Shown one piece after another: positions 28,033 to 37,173 of a stretch of 64,000 nucleotides of DNA (position 1 is the stretch's first letter; every line of letters starts with the position of its first letter). This DNA is from Achromobacter sp. (GTDB lineage: Bacteria; Pseudomonadota; Gammaproteobacteria; Burkholderiales; Burkholderiaceae_B). The notes beneath the pieces were generated by a model. The model did no database searches, was not told the DNA's origin, and saw nothing but the letters and a program-made list of their open reading frames with translations. Made by a program: the position numbers and the translations under genes. The stretch is from assembly GCA_032153965.1 (NCBI GenBank), contig JALDYL010000007.1:172-64171 (forward strand), written 5' to 3'.

Positions 28033-30237
28033 TCACTGCCCCGCGATCAGGCGGAAGTCGCGGCTGCCTTCGCGTTCCAGCTGCGCCACCAGTCCCAGTT
28101 CCCAGTCCAGATAGTCCCGGAAGCCCTGATCCCGCGCGGCCAGATCGTCGAACAGATAGGGGCTGATGCTCTGGTCGTCGTCCCCGGTCAGCACGCCTTG
28201 CGCGCCACCGGCCAGTTCCAGGCCCTGTTCCTTCCAGGCGCGCGTGCCGCCCAGCAAGTAGCGCACCGGCCGCTGGCTGCGCCAGGCCAGCTCGGCCGCC
28301 ACGATGCTTGCCAGCACGCCGTCGGCCGACGTCAGCACGACGGTCCGGTCCCGGTCCTCGGGCAGGAACTCGGCCAGGCGATCGGGCGCGGCGTAGCGGG
28401 AGCCCGGCACATGGCCGCGCTCGTAGGCCAGCCGTGAATCCACGTCGAACAGCACGATCTCGCCGCGGTCCAGCGCGGTCCGCAATGCATCCGGCCGCAG
28501 CCCGGGCGCATCGGGACGGTGGCGCAACACGCGCCTCGGCTCCGGCCCGCTCTGCAATGCGGCCGATGCCGCGGGTTGGTACAGATAGACCTCCACCGCG
28601 CCCAGTTGCGCCAGCCAGGCGCCAGTGGTCAGGGCGCGCACGCCGTCCCAATCGGCCAGCACCACGCGGGCGCGGCGCGTGGCCAGGTACTCGTCCGTGG
28701 CCTGCACCAGCTGGCCGCCGGGCGCCCAGCGCCAGCCTTCCAGATGGCCGGCCACGTATTCCTCGCGGGTACGCACGTCGAACTTGTAGAGCGTGCGCGC
28801 GCCCTGCTCCGCCTCGAATGCCTGCAAGGTGGCGGTATCAATGTGGGCAATGCCTGCGCGGCGCGCGACATCGGCCGCCTGCTGGCGGGCCGCGGCCAGC
28901 GCCTGGCCACCCGGCTCCGGCAGCGCGGCCCGTCGACCGTATGCCAGTTCACGTCCCGACAGCAGCCACTCCATGGTGCCGTTGCGCAGCGACGCCACGC
29001 GGTTGGGGATGCCGGCGTCGATCAGCGTCTGCGCGCCGACGATGCTGCGCGTGCGCCCCGCACAGTTCACCACCACAAAGGTCTTGGGGTCCGGCGCCAG
29101 CTCGCGGATACGGTAGACCAGCTCCGCGCCCGGCAGACTGTGGGCGAAAGGCAGCGTGAAGTTGTGGAATTCCTCGGGCGTGCGGCTGTCGACCACGACG
29201 ATATCGTCGCCCCGCGCCACGCGCTCGTCCAACTCGTCCACATCTATCCAGGGCGTGCGTTTCTCGTGCTCGACGACTTCGCCAAGCGCCTTGCTTGGTA
29301 CGTTGGTGCCGGAGAACACTTCGAAGCCGTCGCGCTCCCAACCGTCGGTGCCGCCCGCCAGCACCGCGATGTCCGTCCAACCCAGACGCGCCAGCTTCGC
29401 CGCAGCCTGGTGCGCCAAGGTCTCGTCATCGTCCACCAACACGATGCGGGCATTGCGGCGCGGGACCAGCCTGTCGATCAGCAACTCCAGGCGCCACAAG
29501 GGCGCGGGCACGGCATGCAGCAGATGCCGGTGCGCATGGCGGCCGGCCTCGCGCACGTCCAGCAAGGCGATCTCGCCCGCGCCGCGCAGTTCATCCTGCA
29601 GGGCCTGCGCGGAGATGCGCGCGTGGTAGATCGCGGCAGGCGGCGAGAACGTGCGGTAGGTCCCGCCCGCGGTGCTCTCGAACACCACGCGGCCATGCAG
29701 GCGGTCCAGCGCCAGCCCATAGAAATGCAGATGCGCGCCAGGCTCGTCGCCCACCAGTTCGATGGTGTGCACGTCCTGCGGACCCAGCACGATGGAGCTG
29801 CCCGGCAGCACATCCACGCGCTGAACGTGGGTCAGCACGTCGCGCAGGGGATCGGCGCTGCGTTCGCGCGCATAGACCTCATTGCGCTCATTGCCTTGCA
29901 CGCCGGCAATGATGGCCCAGGTCGTGTGGTCATGCGGCGGCTGGGCCTTGCCCGGCGCGCCCAGCGACAAGTACAAGGCATGGCCGCCGTCCAGGTCCTC
30001 GGCCAGCCGATAGATGGCGGTCGGCCGGCCCGGAACCACCGCGAACGTTTCCGCCGGAAACAGCTCCCGGCGCTGGCCCAGCGCTTCCAGCAGCGTTGCC
30101 ACTTCGGCCAATTGCGCGCGCGTGGCGCTGGCGGCGTCGGGCGCCAGCCGCCGCGCCTGGGCGATGAATTCGCGCACCGCCTCTGCGCGTTGGTTGTGGA
30201 TGTGCTCAGCCGCTGACGGCGCTACAGATGTGCTCAT
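28033..30237 (-). CDS. Fusion protein: cysteine-dioxygenase-like cupin plus four rhodanese domains
   Basis: N-terminal PPHDHTTW...DVHTI...HLHFYG; LDVRE, VDSRT, FDVRT, FDVDS repeats; a single Cys in VNCAGRTRS. Confidence 0.87.
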   Translation of the reverse strand: MSTSVAPSAAEHIHNQRAEAVREFIAQARRLAPDAASATRAQLAEVATLLEALGQRRELFPAETFAVVPGRPTAIYRLAEDLDGGHALYLSLGAPGKAQPPHDHTTWAIIAGVQGNERNEVYARERSADPLRDVLTHVQRVDVLPGSSIVLGPQDVHTIELVGDEPGAHLHFYGLALDRLHGRVVFESTAGGTYRTFSPPAAIYHARISAQALQDELRGAGEIALLDVREAGRHAHRHLLHAVPAPLWRLELLIDRLVPRRNARIVLVDDDETLAHQAAAKLARLGWTDIAVLAGGTDGWERDGFEVFSGTNVPSKALGEVVEHEKRTPWIDVDELDERVARGDDIVVVDSRTPEEFHNFTLPFAHSLPGAELVYRIRELAPDPKTFVVVNCAGRTRSIVGAQTLIDAGIPNRVASLRNGTMEWLLSGRELAYGRRAALPEPGGQALAAARQQAADVARRAGIAHIDTATLQAFEAEQGARTLYKFDVRTREEYVAGHLEGWRWAPGGQLVQATDEYLATRRARVVLADWDGVRALTTGAWLAQLGAVEVYLYQPAASAALQSGPEPRRVLRHRPDAPGLRPDALRTALDRGEIVLFDVDSRLAYERGHVPGSRYAAPDRLAEFLPEDRDRTVVLTSADGVLASIVAAELAWRSQRPVRYLLGGTRAWKEQGLELAGGAQGVLTGDDDQSISPYLFDDLAARDQGFRDYLDWELGLVAQLEREGSRDFRLIAGQ

Positions 30238-30272
30238 GGGATGACCCTGGATTCCGTGTGGAAGAAAAGGTC

Positions 30273-30326
30273 AGCCTACGTGCGCCGCGCCGCAACGGGA
30301 ACGAAGCGATGCGACTAAGGATATGC
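30273..30326 (-). promoter_or_regulatory. Shared sulfur-cluster promoter motif, copy 1
   Basis: GCATAT-N15-TTCGTT-N21-TAGGCT. Confidence 0.6.
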
Positions 30327-30357
30327 GCGGGACGACTGCCCGCTCGCCTGCCGTGCT

Positions 30358-31287
30358 TTAACCTTCGCCCTTCAGCTCGCGCTCGACGATCTCGCGCGTC
30401 AGCGTGGGCACGAACATCTCCACAAAATGGAAGGCGTAGCCGCGCAGCCAAGCGCCGCGCCGTATCGCCAGCCGCGTCAGGTTGATCTCGAACAGATGGC
30501 GGGCGTCGATGGCGCACAGGCGCGTGTCGCGTTCGCCATCCCAGGCCACCGAGGCCACGATGCCCAGGCCCAGCCCCAGCTCGACATAGGTCTTGATCAC
30601 GTCCGCGTCCATCGCCGTCATGACGATGTCCGGCGTGATGCCGGCGCGTGCGAAGGCTTCATCGATATGCGCCCGGCCCGTGTAGCCGCGTCCATAGGTG
30701 ATGATGGGATGGCGCGACAGCTGCGACAGCGTCACCCCCTCCTGCTGCCGTTCCAGCGGATGGCCGCGAGGCACGATGATGCTGTGGCTCCAGCGATAGC
30801 ACGGCAGGTTGATCAGCCCCGGATAGTCGGCCACCGCTTCCGTCGCCACGCCGATGTCGGCCTCGCCTTCCAGCAGCATTTCGGAAACCTGCTTGGGCGA
30901 GCCCTGATGCAGATGCAGCACCACTTCCGGATAGCGCTCGCGGAATTCCTTGATCACGGGCGGCAAGGCATAGCGCGCCTGCGAATGGGTGGCCGCGATG
31001 GACAGCACCCCGGTCCGGCTGTCCGCGTATTCCGCGCCGGCGTGGCGGATGTTGTCCGCGCATTGCAGGATCTGCTCGACCAAGGGCAGGATCAGTTCGC
31101 CGGGCGGGGTCAGTCCGATGAGCCGCTTGCCGGAGCGCACGAAGATGTCGACCCCGACCTCTTCCTCGAGTTCGCGGATCTGGCGGCTGACGCCGGGCTG
31201 CGAGGTATGCAGGCTCTCCGACACGTCGGTCAGGTTGAAGTCCTGGCGCACGGCCTCGCGCACGGAGCGCAATTGCTGGAAGTTCAT
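30358..31287 (-). CDS. cbl: CysB-family LysR regulator (Cbl/SsuR-like)
   Basis: MNFQQLR.VRE.VRQ.FNLT, TSQPGVS, ATHSQARYALP, LHQGSP, DADVIKTYVELGLG. Confidence 0.88.
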   Translation of the reverse strand: MNFQQLRSVREAVRQDFNLTDVSESLHTSQPGVSRQIRELEEEVGVDIFVRSGKRLIGLTPPGELILPLVEQILQCADNIRHAGAEYADSRTGVLSIAATHSQARYALPPVIKEFRERYPEVVLHLHQGSPKQVSEMLLEGEADIGVATEAVADYPGLINLPCYRWSHSIIVPRGHPLERQQEGVTLSQLSRHPIITYGRGYTGRAHIDEAFARAGITPDIVMTAMDADVIKTYVELGLGLGIVASVAWDGERDTRLCAIDARHLFEINLTRLAIRRGAWLRGYAFHFVEMFVPTLTREIVERELKGEG

Positions 31288-31295
31288 CGCGCGCC

Positions 31296-31646
31296 TCAGC
31301 CCAGGAAAGCCAGCTGATTGCCGGACGGATCTTTTACATACATCACGCGCGATTCAGCGTCGGGCAAGGAACAGACCGGATGGTGCCCCGCCAGGCGCAG
31401 CCGCGCCAGGATGTCGTCATAGGCGCCCGTCTTGAAGGCGAGGTAATCGGGCTTCACCTCCCGGCTGACTTCCTCCACGGGAGACAGCGACAAGGTCGCT
31501 TCGCCCAGCGCGAACAGCAGCCGCTGGCCGCCGGCCCCGGCCATTTCATCCAGGCCGATGATGCGGCCATAGAACTCGCGTACCGCTTCCTGCCGTTGCG
31601 CAAGAAAAGGAAGCTGTACCGATCCGATCGAAAGAATAGTAGACAT
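31296..31646 (-). CDS. Small VOC/glyoxalase-like protein
   Basis: EFYGRIIGL, YLAF, YVKDPSGNQL. Confidence 0.7.
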   Translation of the reverse strand: MSTILSIGSVQLPFLAQRQEAVREFYGRIIGLDEMAGAGGQRLLFALGEATLSLSPVEEVSREVKPDYLAFKTGAYDDILARLRLAGHHPVCSLPDAESRVMYVKDPSGNQLAFLG

Positions 31647-31713
31647 GCCCTGCCGCCAATCATGGAACAGGGCAAATTCTAGTGGTCGCGGGTACTGACG
31701 GACAAAGAGGTAA

Positions 31714-31767
31714 ACGTTGCTTCTACATAGCTGGAAACCCTAAAGAAAACCGCTCATTTGCATATGC
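31714..31767 (-). promoter_or_regulatory. Shared sulfur-cluster promoter motif, copy 2
   Basis: GCATAT-N14-TTCTTT-N22-CAACGT. Confidence 0.5.
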
Positions 31768-31768
31768 A

Positions 31769-32983
31769 TCAGGCGCTGCGCCGCAGCGCCTCGCGCGTGG
31801 CCCCAACGGCGCGCTCCAGGTCGCCTATCAGGTCCAGCGGACTTTCCAGCCCGATGTGCAGACGCACCACCGATTGGGTCTGCTGACCATCCCGCCACAG
31901 GCTGTGCTCGGCCAGACGCTCGGGCACCGCCTCCAGCGCCAGGCTCTCGTAGCCGCCCCAGGACGCGCCGATGGAAAAATAGCGCAAGACATCGATGAAG
32001 CGCGCGGCGGCGGCCGTATCGGGATGGCGGAACGCGAACGACACCAGCCCGCTGGCGCCGCTGAAATCCCGCCGCCACAGCGCATGGCCGGGGTCCTGCG
32101 CCAACGCCGGGTAATAGACTCTGGCGACGTCCTCGTGCCGCGCCAGGTACTCGGCCACGGCCAGCGCGTTTTCATGGTGGCGCGCCAGCCGCACATCCAG
32201 CGTGCGCAGGCCGCGCAGGGTCAGGTAGGCGTCGTCCGCGCCCACCGACAGGCCCAGGGCGTCGTGGGTCGCGCCCAGCTGCCTGGCCAGCTCAGGACTG
32301 TCCACGGTAACCACGCCCATCATCACGTCGGAATGCCCTGCCAGATACTTGGTCGCCGCCTGGATGGAAATGTGCGCGCCCAGCGCCAGCGGCTGATAGT
32401 ACAGGCCGCCGCTCCAGGTATTGTCCGCCGCCACCAGCACGCCATGCCGCCGCGCCACGGCGGCTAGCGCTGGCAGGTCCTGCACCTCGTACAGGAGCGA
32501 GCTGGGCGATTCCAGGTACAGCAGCCGCGTGTTCGGGCGGATCAGCGACTCCAGGTCGTCACGCGTGGCGGAAAAATACTCCACCTCGATCCCGTAACGC
32601 TGCAACAGCGCGCGGTCCACCTTGCGCACCGGCGAATAAACGCTGTCGGCCACCAAGGCGTGTTCGCCCGGCGCCAAGGTCGCCAGCAGCACCAGCACAA
32701 TGGCCGACAAGCCCGAGGGCGCCAGCACGGTGCGATAGCCGCCTTCCAGCGACGCCACCGCCTCTTCCAGCGCCTGATGGGTATCCAGGCCATGGCGGCC
32801 ATAGGTCGCCACGCGCTCGCCGGCCGCGCGCTGCCGGCCCAGGGCCGCGTGCGCGGCGGTGTCGGCAAAGCGCACGGTGCTGGTGCGCACCACCGGAACG
32901 TTCACCGGCCCGGAACCCTGCTTCAGGTCGGGCGATCCGGCATGCACCAGCCGGGTCTGAACGCGGGCGTCTGCCAGGCTCAT
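31769..32983 (-). CDS. metC: PLP-dependent cystathionine beta-lyase / C-S lyase
   Basis: YGRHG, PSGLSA, LESPSS, DNTW, ATKYLAGHSD, GASWGGYESL, RLHIGLE; alternative start at 33049. Confidence 0.88.
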   Translation of the reverse strand: MSLADARVQTRLVHAGSPDLKQGSGPVNVPVVRTSTVRFADTAAHAALGRQRAAGERVATYGRHGLDTHQALEEAVASLEGGYRTVLAPSGLSAIVLVLLATLAPGEHALVADSVYSPVRKVDRALLQRYGIEVEYFSATRDDLESLIRPNTRLLYLESPSSLLYEVQDLPALAAVARRHGVLVAADNTWSGGLYYQPLALGAHISIQAATKYLAGHSDVMMGVVTVDSPELARQLGATHDALGLSVGADDAYLTLRGLRTLDVRLARHHENALAVAEYLARHEDVARVYYPALAQDPGHALWRRDFSGASGLVSFAFRHPDTAAAARFIDVLRYFSIGASWGGYESLALEAVPERLAEHSLWRDGQQTQSVVRLHIGLESPLDLIGDLERAVGATREALRRSA

Positions 32984-33045
32984 GCGCACACCTCGTTGCG
33001 GTCGGGAATCAGGGATACGACAGTCATGCGCAACTCCATCAAGGT

Positions 33046-33912
33046 TCATACCGCCAGGCGCAGCGGATCGAAGTTCAGGTAACTCTGTATCGGATCAGGC
33101 ACGCGCTCGCGCAGCGGCGCAGCGCCGACCGCGCGTTGCAGGAAGGCGCGCGTGCGCTCGCTGGCCGGCGCCCCGAACAGGCGCGCCGGCGGTCCCGACT
33201 CGACGATGCGGCCGGCCTCGGTGAAATACACGATGTCGCTGATCTCTTCGGCAAAGCGCATTTCGTGGGTCACCAGCACGCAGGTCAGGCCGTCCTCCAC
33301 CAGGTCGCGGATCACGCTCAGCACTTCCCCGACCATCTCCGGATCCAGCGCGGAAGTGACCTCATCGAACAGGATCAGCTCCGGCTGCAACGCCAGCGCG
33401 CGCGCGATCGCCACGCGCTGCTGCTGGCCGCCGGACAGTTCGCCGGGATAGGCGTCCTGCTTGTGCTCCATCCGCACCTGGGCCAGCAACTCGCGCGCCC
33501 GCGCCTCGGCCTGCGCCCGCGGCACGCCGCCCACTTTGATGGGCGAGATCGTCAGGTTCTCCAGCACGCTCAGGTGCGGGAACAGGTTGTACTGCTGGAA
33601 CACGAAGCCCACGCGCTTGCGCAGGCCGATCAGCTCGGCTTCCGTCTTCAAGGCGTCGACGCGCACACCGCCGACCTCGATGCGGCCGCGCTGCGGGCGC
33701 AGCAGTCCGGTAATGCAGCGCAGGATGGTGGACTTGCCCGACCCGGAGGGCCCGATGATCGACACCGCCTGCCCCTGCTGGATCTCGACGTCCATGCCCT
33801 TTAGCACCTCCGTCTGGCCGAAAGCCAGATGCACGTCCCGCAGACTGACCAGCGGCGGCGTAGCCGCGCCCTTGAAGGCGGCCGCGCGCGCCTCGAATTC
33901 AATAATGCTCAT
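33046..33912 (-). CDS. Polar amino-acid ABC transporter ATP-binding protein
   Basis: GPSGSGKST, LSGGQQQRVAIARAL, FDEVTSALDPE. Confidence 0.93.
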   Translation of the reverse strand: MSIIEFEARAAAFKGAATPPLVSLRDVHLAFGQTEVLKGMDVEIQQGQAVSIIGPSGSGKSTILRCITGLLRPQRGRIEVGGVRVDALKTEAELIGLRKRVGFVFQQYNLFPHLSVLENLTISPIKVGGVPRAQAEARARELLAQVRMEHKQDAYPGELSGGQQQRVAIARALALQPELILFDEVTSALDPEMVGEVLSVIRDLVEDGLTCVLVTHEMRFAEEISDIVYFTEAGRIVESGPPARLFGAPASERTRAFLQRAVGAAPLRERVPDPIQSYLNFDPLRLAV

Positions 33913-34708
33913 GGCGTTTTTCCAGATACCGCGTCCAACGCGCGATGGGGTAGCAATAGGCGAAGAAGAGCGCCAATAGCGTGAAGTAGACCAATATGGT
34001 GAAGTCGGTGCGCGACACGGTATTGCTGGCCACCGTGGCTGCGTCGACCAGATCGTGCACGCCCACCAGAGAGGCCAGCGAGGTGCTCATGGTGATGCTG
34101 GCGTACAGGTTCATCCAAGACGGCAGCATGCGCCGCAGGCACTGCGGCAATACGATCATGCGGAATATCTGCGCGCGCCGGAACGCCAGCGATTGCGCGG
34201 CCTCCCATTGCGCGCTGGGAATGGACAGGATCGCGCCCCGGAAGATCTCGGCCACGTTGGCGCTGGCCGGCAGGCCTAGGCCGATGACCACCTTGATCCA
34301 GTCCGGAAACGGCAGGCTCCATCCGCCCAGCCTCAGCTCGAAGGGAAATACATAGGTGGTGAAGTACACCAGCACCAGGATGGGCGCATTGCGAAACAGC
34401 AGCACGTAGGCGCGCATCAGGCGGCGCAACAGCAGTGACGGCGACAGCGACAGCGCGCCCACCACCAGCCCAGCCAGCGTGCCCAGCGCCATGGCCAGCA
34501 CGCTGATCTGGATGTTCATCGCCAAGCCGCGCAGCAAGGCGGGCGACCAATGCCACAGCGCCTGCACGGCGGCGGGCGCCGAGCCGGTAGCCGCCCACGC
34601 CAGGTTCAGCGCCGCCACCGCCAACAGCACCGCGAGCCAGGGATCGCGCAAGGCCAACGGCAGTCGTCGTCCCGTGGTCTGCGCGCCCAGGACCAGGTCA
34701 TTGGCCAT
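33899..34708 (-). CDS. Polar amino-acid ABC transporter permease
   Basis: FRNAP, AEIFRG, QWEAAQSL EAA loop. Confidence 0.9.
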   Translation of the reverse strand: MANDLVLGAQTTGRRLPLALRDPWLAVLLAVAALNLAWAATGSAPAAVQALWHWSPALLRGLAMNIQISVLAMALGTLAGLVVGALSLSPSLLLRRLMRAYVLLFRNAPILVLVYFTTYVFPFELRLGGWSLPFPDWIKVVIGLGLPASANVAEIFRGAILSIPSAQWEAAQSLAFRRAQIFRMIVLPQCLRRMLPSWMNLYASITMSTSLASLVGVHDLVDAATVASNTVSRTDFTILVYFTLLALFFAYCYPIARWTRYLEKRHEHY

Positions 34709-35435
34709 AGCCAGGCATCCTCAAACGTTCTTCCAGCCATCTCCCGCCCAGGCCGACCAGCCAGGTCAGCAGGCCGAAGTACAACAGGATCAGCAGCAAC
34801 AGTTCCAGCACGTTGTCGCGGTACGACCAGATCATGATGGACTCATAGGTCACGTCGCCCACGGCGATGGCCGAGGCGATGGCGGTCATCTTCACCAGGT
34901 CCACCAGGTTGTTCACCAGCGCCGGCAAGGCAAAGCGCAGCGCCAGCGGCAGTTGCACCTGGGTCAGGATCTGGCGCCGCGAAAACGCCAGCGAGCGCGC
35001 CGCCTCCATCGTTACCGCGGGCACCGCTTCGATACCCGCGCGCAAGGCCTCGGCATGGAACACACCCTTGTGCAGGGCCACCACGATCACCACCCATGCG
35101 AACGGCGCTATCGGACTGCCGCCGCCCAGCTTTTGCGTGATCAGCATGTTCAGCACCAGGAAAGCGCAGTACAGCTGCACCAGCGTGGGCGTGTTGCGCG
35201 TGACCTCCACAAAAGCCTGCAGCGGCCGGGCCAGCCAGGCGCGGCCGCTGGTCAGGCCCGCGGCGACCAGGACGCCGAACAGCAGACTCGCCGGTATGGT
35301 CCATGCGCACAGCTGCAACGTCACCAGCAGCCCGCGGCCGAACGCGGACAGCTCGCCCGCGTCCAGCACAAAGCTGTAATTCAGGCCCAGCGGCTTGAAG
35401 AAGCCGACCCAGGCTTGCAATGCCGATTCGAACAT
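34698..35435 (-). CDS. Polar amino-acid ABC transporter permease
   Basis: RNTPTLVQL, AEALRAG, EAARSL; ATG 35435. Confidence 0.9.
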   Translation of the reverse strand: MFESALQAWVGFFKPLGLNYSFVLDAGELSAFGRGLLVTLQLCAWTIPASLLFGVLVAAGLTSGRAWLARPLQAFVEVTRNTPTLVQLYCAFLVLNMLITQKLGGGSPIAPFAWVVIVVALHKGVFHAEALRAGIEAVPAVTMEAARSLAFSRRQILTQVQLPLALRFALPALVNNLVDLVKMTAIASAIAVGDVTYESIMIWSYRDNVLELLLLILLYFGLLTWLVGLGGRWLEERLRMPGYGQ

Positions 35436-35448
35436 GCCCCGGCCCGCC

Positions 35449-36285
35449 TCAGCTTCCCTGCTTGTACTTCGCGTGCAGTTCCTGCAGCAGCGGCTGCGGC
35501 GGAGCGATGCCCAGCCGCGTTTCCGTGGCAATCAGCCAGCCCGTGCGGTGCCAGTCCTGCACCACCTTGTCCACGGCGGCGATAGTGTCGGCCTCGCCCT
35601 TGCGGGCCCAGACCACCGAGTTGGCCGGCAGCACCTCGGTGGCGATGGGCGCGTGGTAGTCCTTCCATTCCGGGTTGCTGCGCAGCAGCGGCTGGATCAA
35701 GGTCGAATCGTGCACCGCCGCGACGCACTGGCCGCCGCGCAGCGCCAGCAGCGAATCCGACGAGCTCTTGTAGCCCTTGACCACCGCGCCATAGTCGGCC
35801 GACAGGGGCCGCGCGAAGCTGCTGCCCTGCGACACGCACACCGGCTTGCCGCGCAGGTCTTCCCACTTGGCGATGCCGCTGGTTTTCAAGGTGGCGGCCG
35901 TGCCGCCCACGCGGAAGAACGGCGTGGGCGCATAGCCCAGGATCTCGGCGCGCTCGGGATTCAGTTCCATGGACGCGATCAGCAGGTCGACCTTGCCGGA
36001 GATCAGGAACTGCGTGCGCGTGGCGGTCTGCACCTGCACCAGTTCCGCCTTCACACCCAGGCCCCGGGCCAGCTCGCGCGCCAGCTCCGGGTTCCAACCC
36101 ACCAGTTGCTGCGTGGCGGGATCCAGCGAACCGAACACCCCGCCATTGGCCAGCACGCCTATGGTGATGGTGCCGCGTTCCTTGACCTTGTCCAGCGTGG
36201 CGTCGGCCTGCGCCGCGCCGGCGGCCAAAGCCAGCGCCAGGGTGATTGCGATGCGGGCGCCGCCCGGAGTCTTGCGAGTTGCCAT
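35449..36285 (-). CDS. Polar amino-acid ABC transporter substrate-binding protein
   Basis: Signal peptide, TLDKVKERG, R..FL.SGKVDLLIA; ATG 36285. Confidence 0.9.
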   Translation of the reverse strand: MATRKTPGGARIAITLALALAAGAAQADATLDKVKERGTITIGVLANGGVFGSLDPATQQLVGWNPELARELARGLGVKAELVQVQTATRTQFLISGKVDLLIASMELNPERAEILGYAPTPFFRVGGTAATLKTSGIAKWEDLRGKPVCVSQGSSFARPLSADYGAVVKGYKSSSDSLLALRGGQCVAAVHDSTLIQPLLRSNPEWKDYHAPIATEVLPANSVVWARKGEADTIAAVDKVVQDWHRTGWLIATETRLGIAPPQPLLQELHAKYKQGS

Positions 36286-36320
36286 GTCGTTGTCGATGGA
36301 TGTGCATTGAACGGACCTCC

Positions 36321-36374
36321 ATGCTGCGTGTCCGCGCAGTCCACGACAAAGAAGACTTTCAGATATCAATATGC
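36321..36374 (-). promoter_or_regulatory. Shared sulfur-cluster promoter motif, copy 3
   Basis: GCATAT-N15-TTCTTT-N21-CAGCAT. Confidence 0.6.
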
Positions 36375-36480
36375 GGACGGCCGATACCGCCTGAAACCGG
36401 TCGAGACAACCGCATCCGGCGCTGAGGCACGGCCATCGCCGCGCATTCGAAAAGTGCGGATGTCCGGCAGAAAACCAGCG

Positions 36481-37173
36481 CTACAGGCCGGACACAGTCT
36501 CAAAACCGGAGAAGAAAGCGCAATGGCCCGGGTAGCCCGGCCGCGCGTCGCATGCTTTCAGGCAGCCCGGCTTGCCGCCAGGGAAACTCGCCGACACCGA
36601 CATGCCGAAGCCGTAGGTGGGCGTTGTCACCTCGAAGCTGCTGTCGCATACGGTCTGGGTGCTGTAGGCGAACGTCATGCCTTCGCGCCGGCCCTTAAGA
36701 GAAAACGATACCTGGAAGCTGTCCAGGCTGCGCCATCCCGGCCGAGGCAGGACCAGAAAACGATAGTGCCTGGCATCCACGCGCTGGCCGAAGATCTTCA
36801 GGCGGGCCGACGAGGCATCCGTCTTGGGCGACGGATAGGGCAATGCCAGCAGCGCTCGCGGATCTCCCAGCACGCCCAGCTCGAAACCCAGGCCCTTCTT
36901 GTAGAAGGGCACGTCAATACTGGGATAGCCCGAATACTCGACGCGCTGCGCGGCGCCGTAGACATCCGATTTGGGGTTGTAGTCGGGCGCGCGCGCGAAT
37001 GTGACGTCCAGCGTCAGCGCGGCGTCCGCCGGATTCGCATCTTCGCTGCGCAAGTGCTTTTCAAAAACATCGGCCTGCGTCGCGCACCCGGCCAGCAACC
37101 CTGCCAGCAGCGCGGGCGCCGCCCAGCGCGAGGCCCGCCTCGCAGCGAGCCGGAACATGGCGCGCGCCGTCAT
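36481..37173 (-). CDS. Hypothetical lipoprotein
   Basis: Lipobox LLAGC; four further Cys in the C-terminal part. Confidence 0.7.
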   Translation of the reverse strand: MTARAMFRLAARRASRWAAPALLAGLLAGCATQADVFEKHLRSEDANPADAALTLDVTFARAPDYNPKSDVYGAAQRVEYSGYPSIDVPFYKKGLGFELGVLGDPRALLALPYPSPKTDASSARLKIFGQRVDARHYRFLVLPRPGWRSLDSFQVSFSLKGRREGMTFAYSTQTVCDSSFEVTTPTYGFGMSVSASFPGGKPGCLKACDARPGYPGHCAFFSGFETVSGL

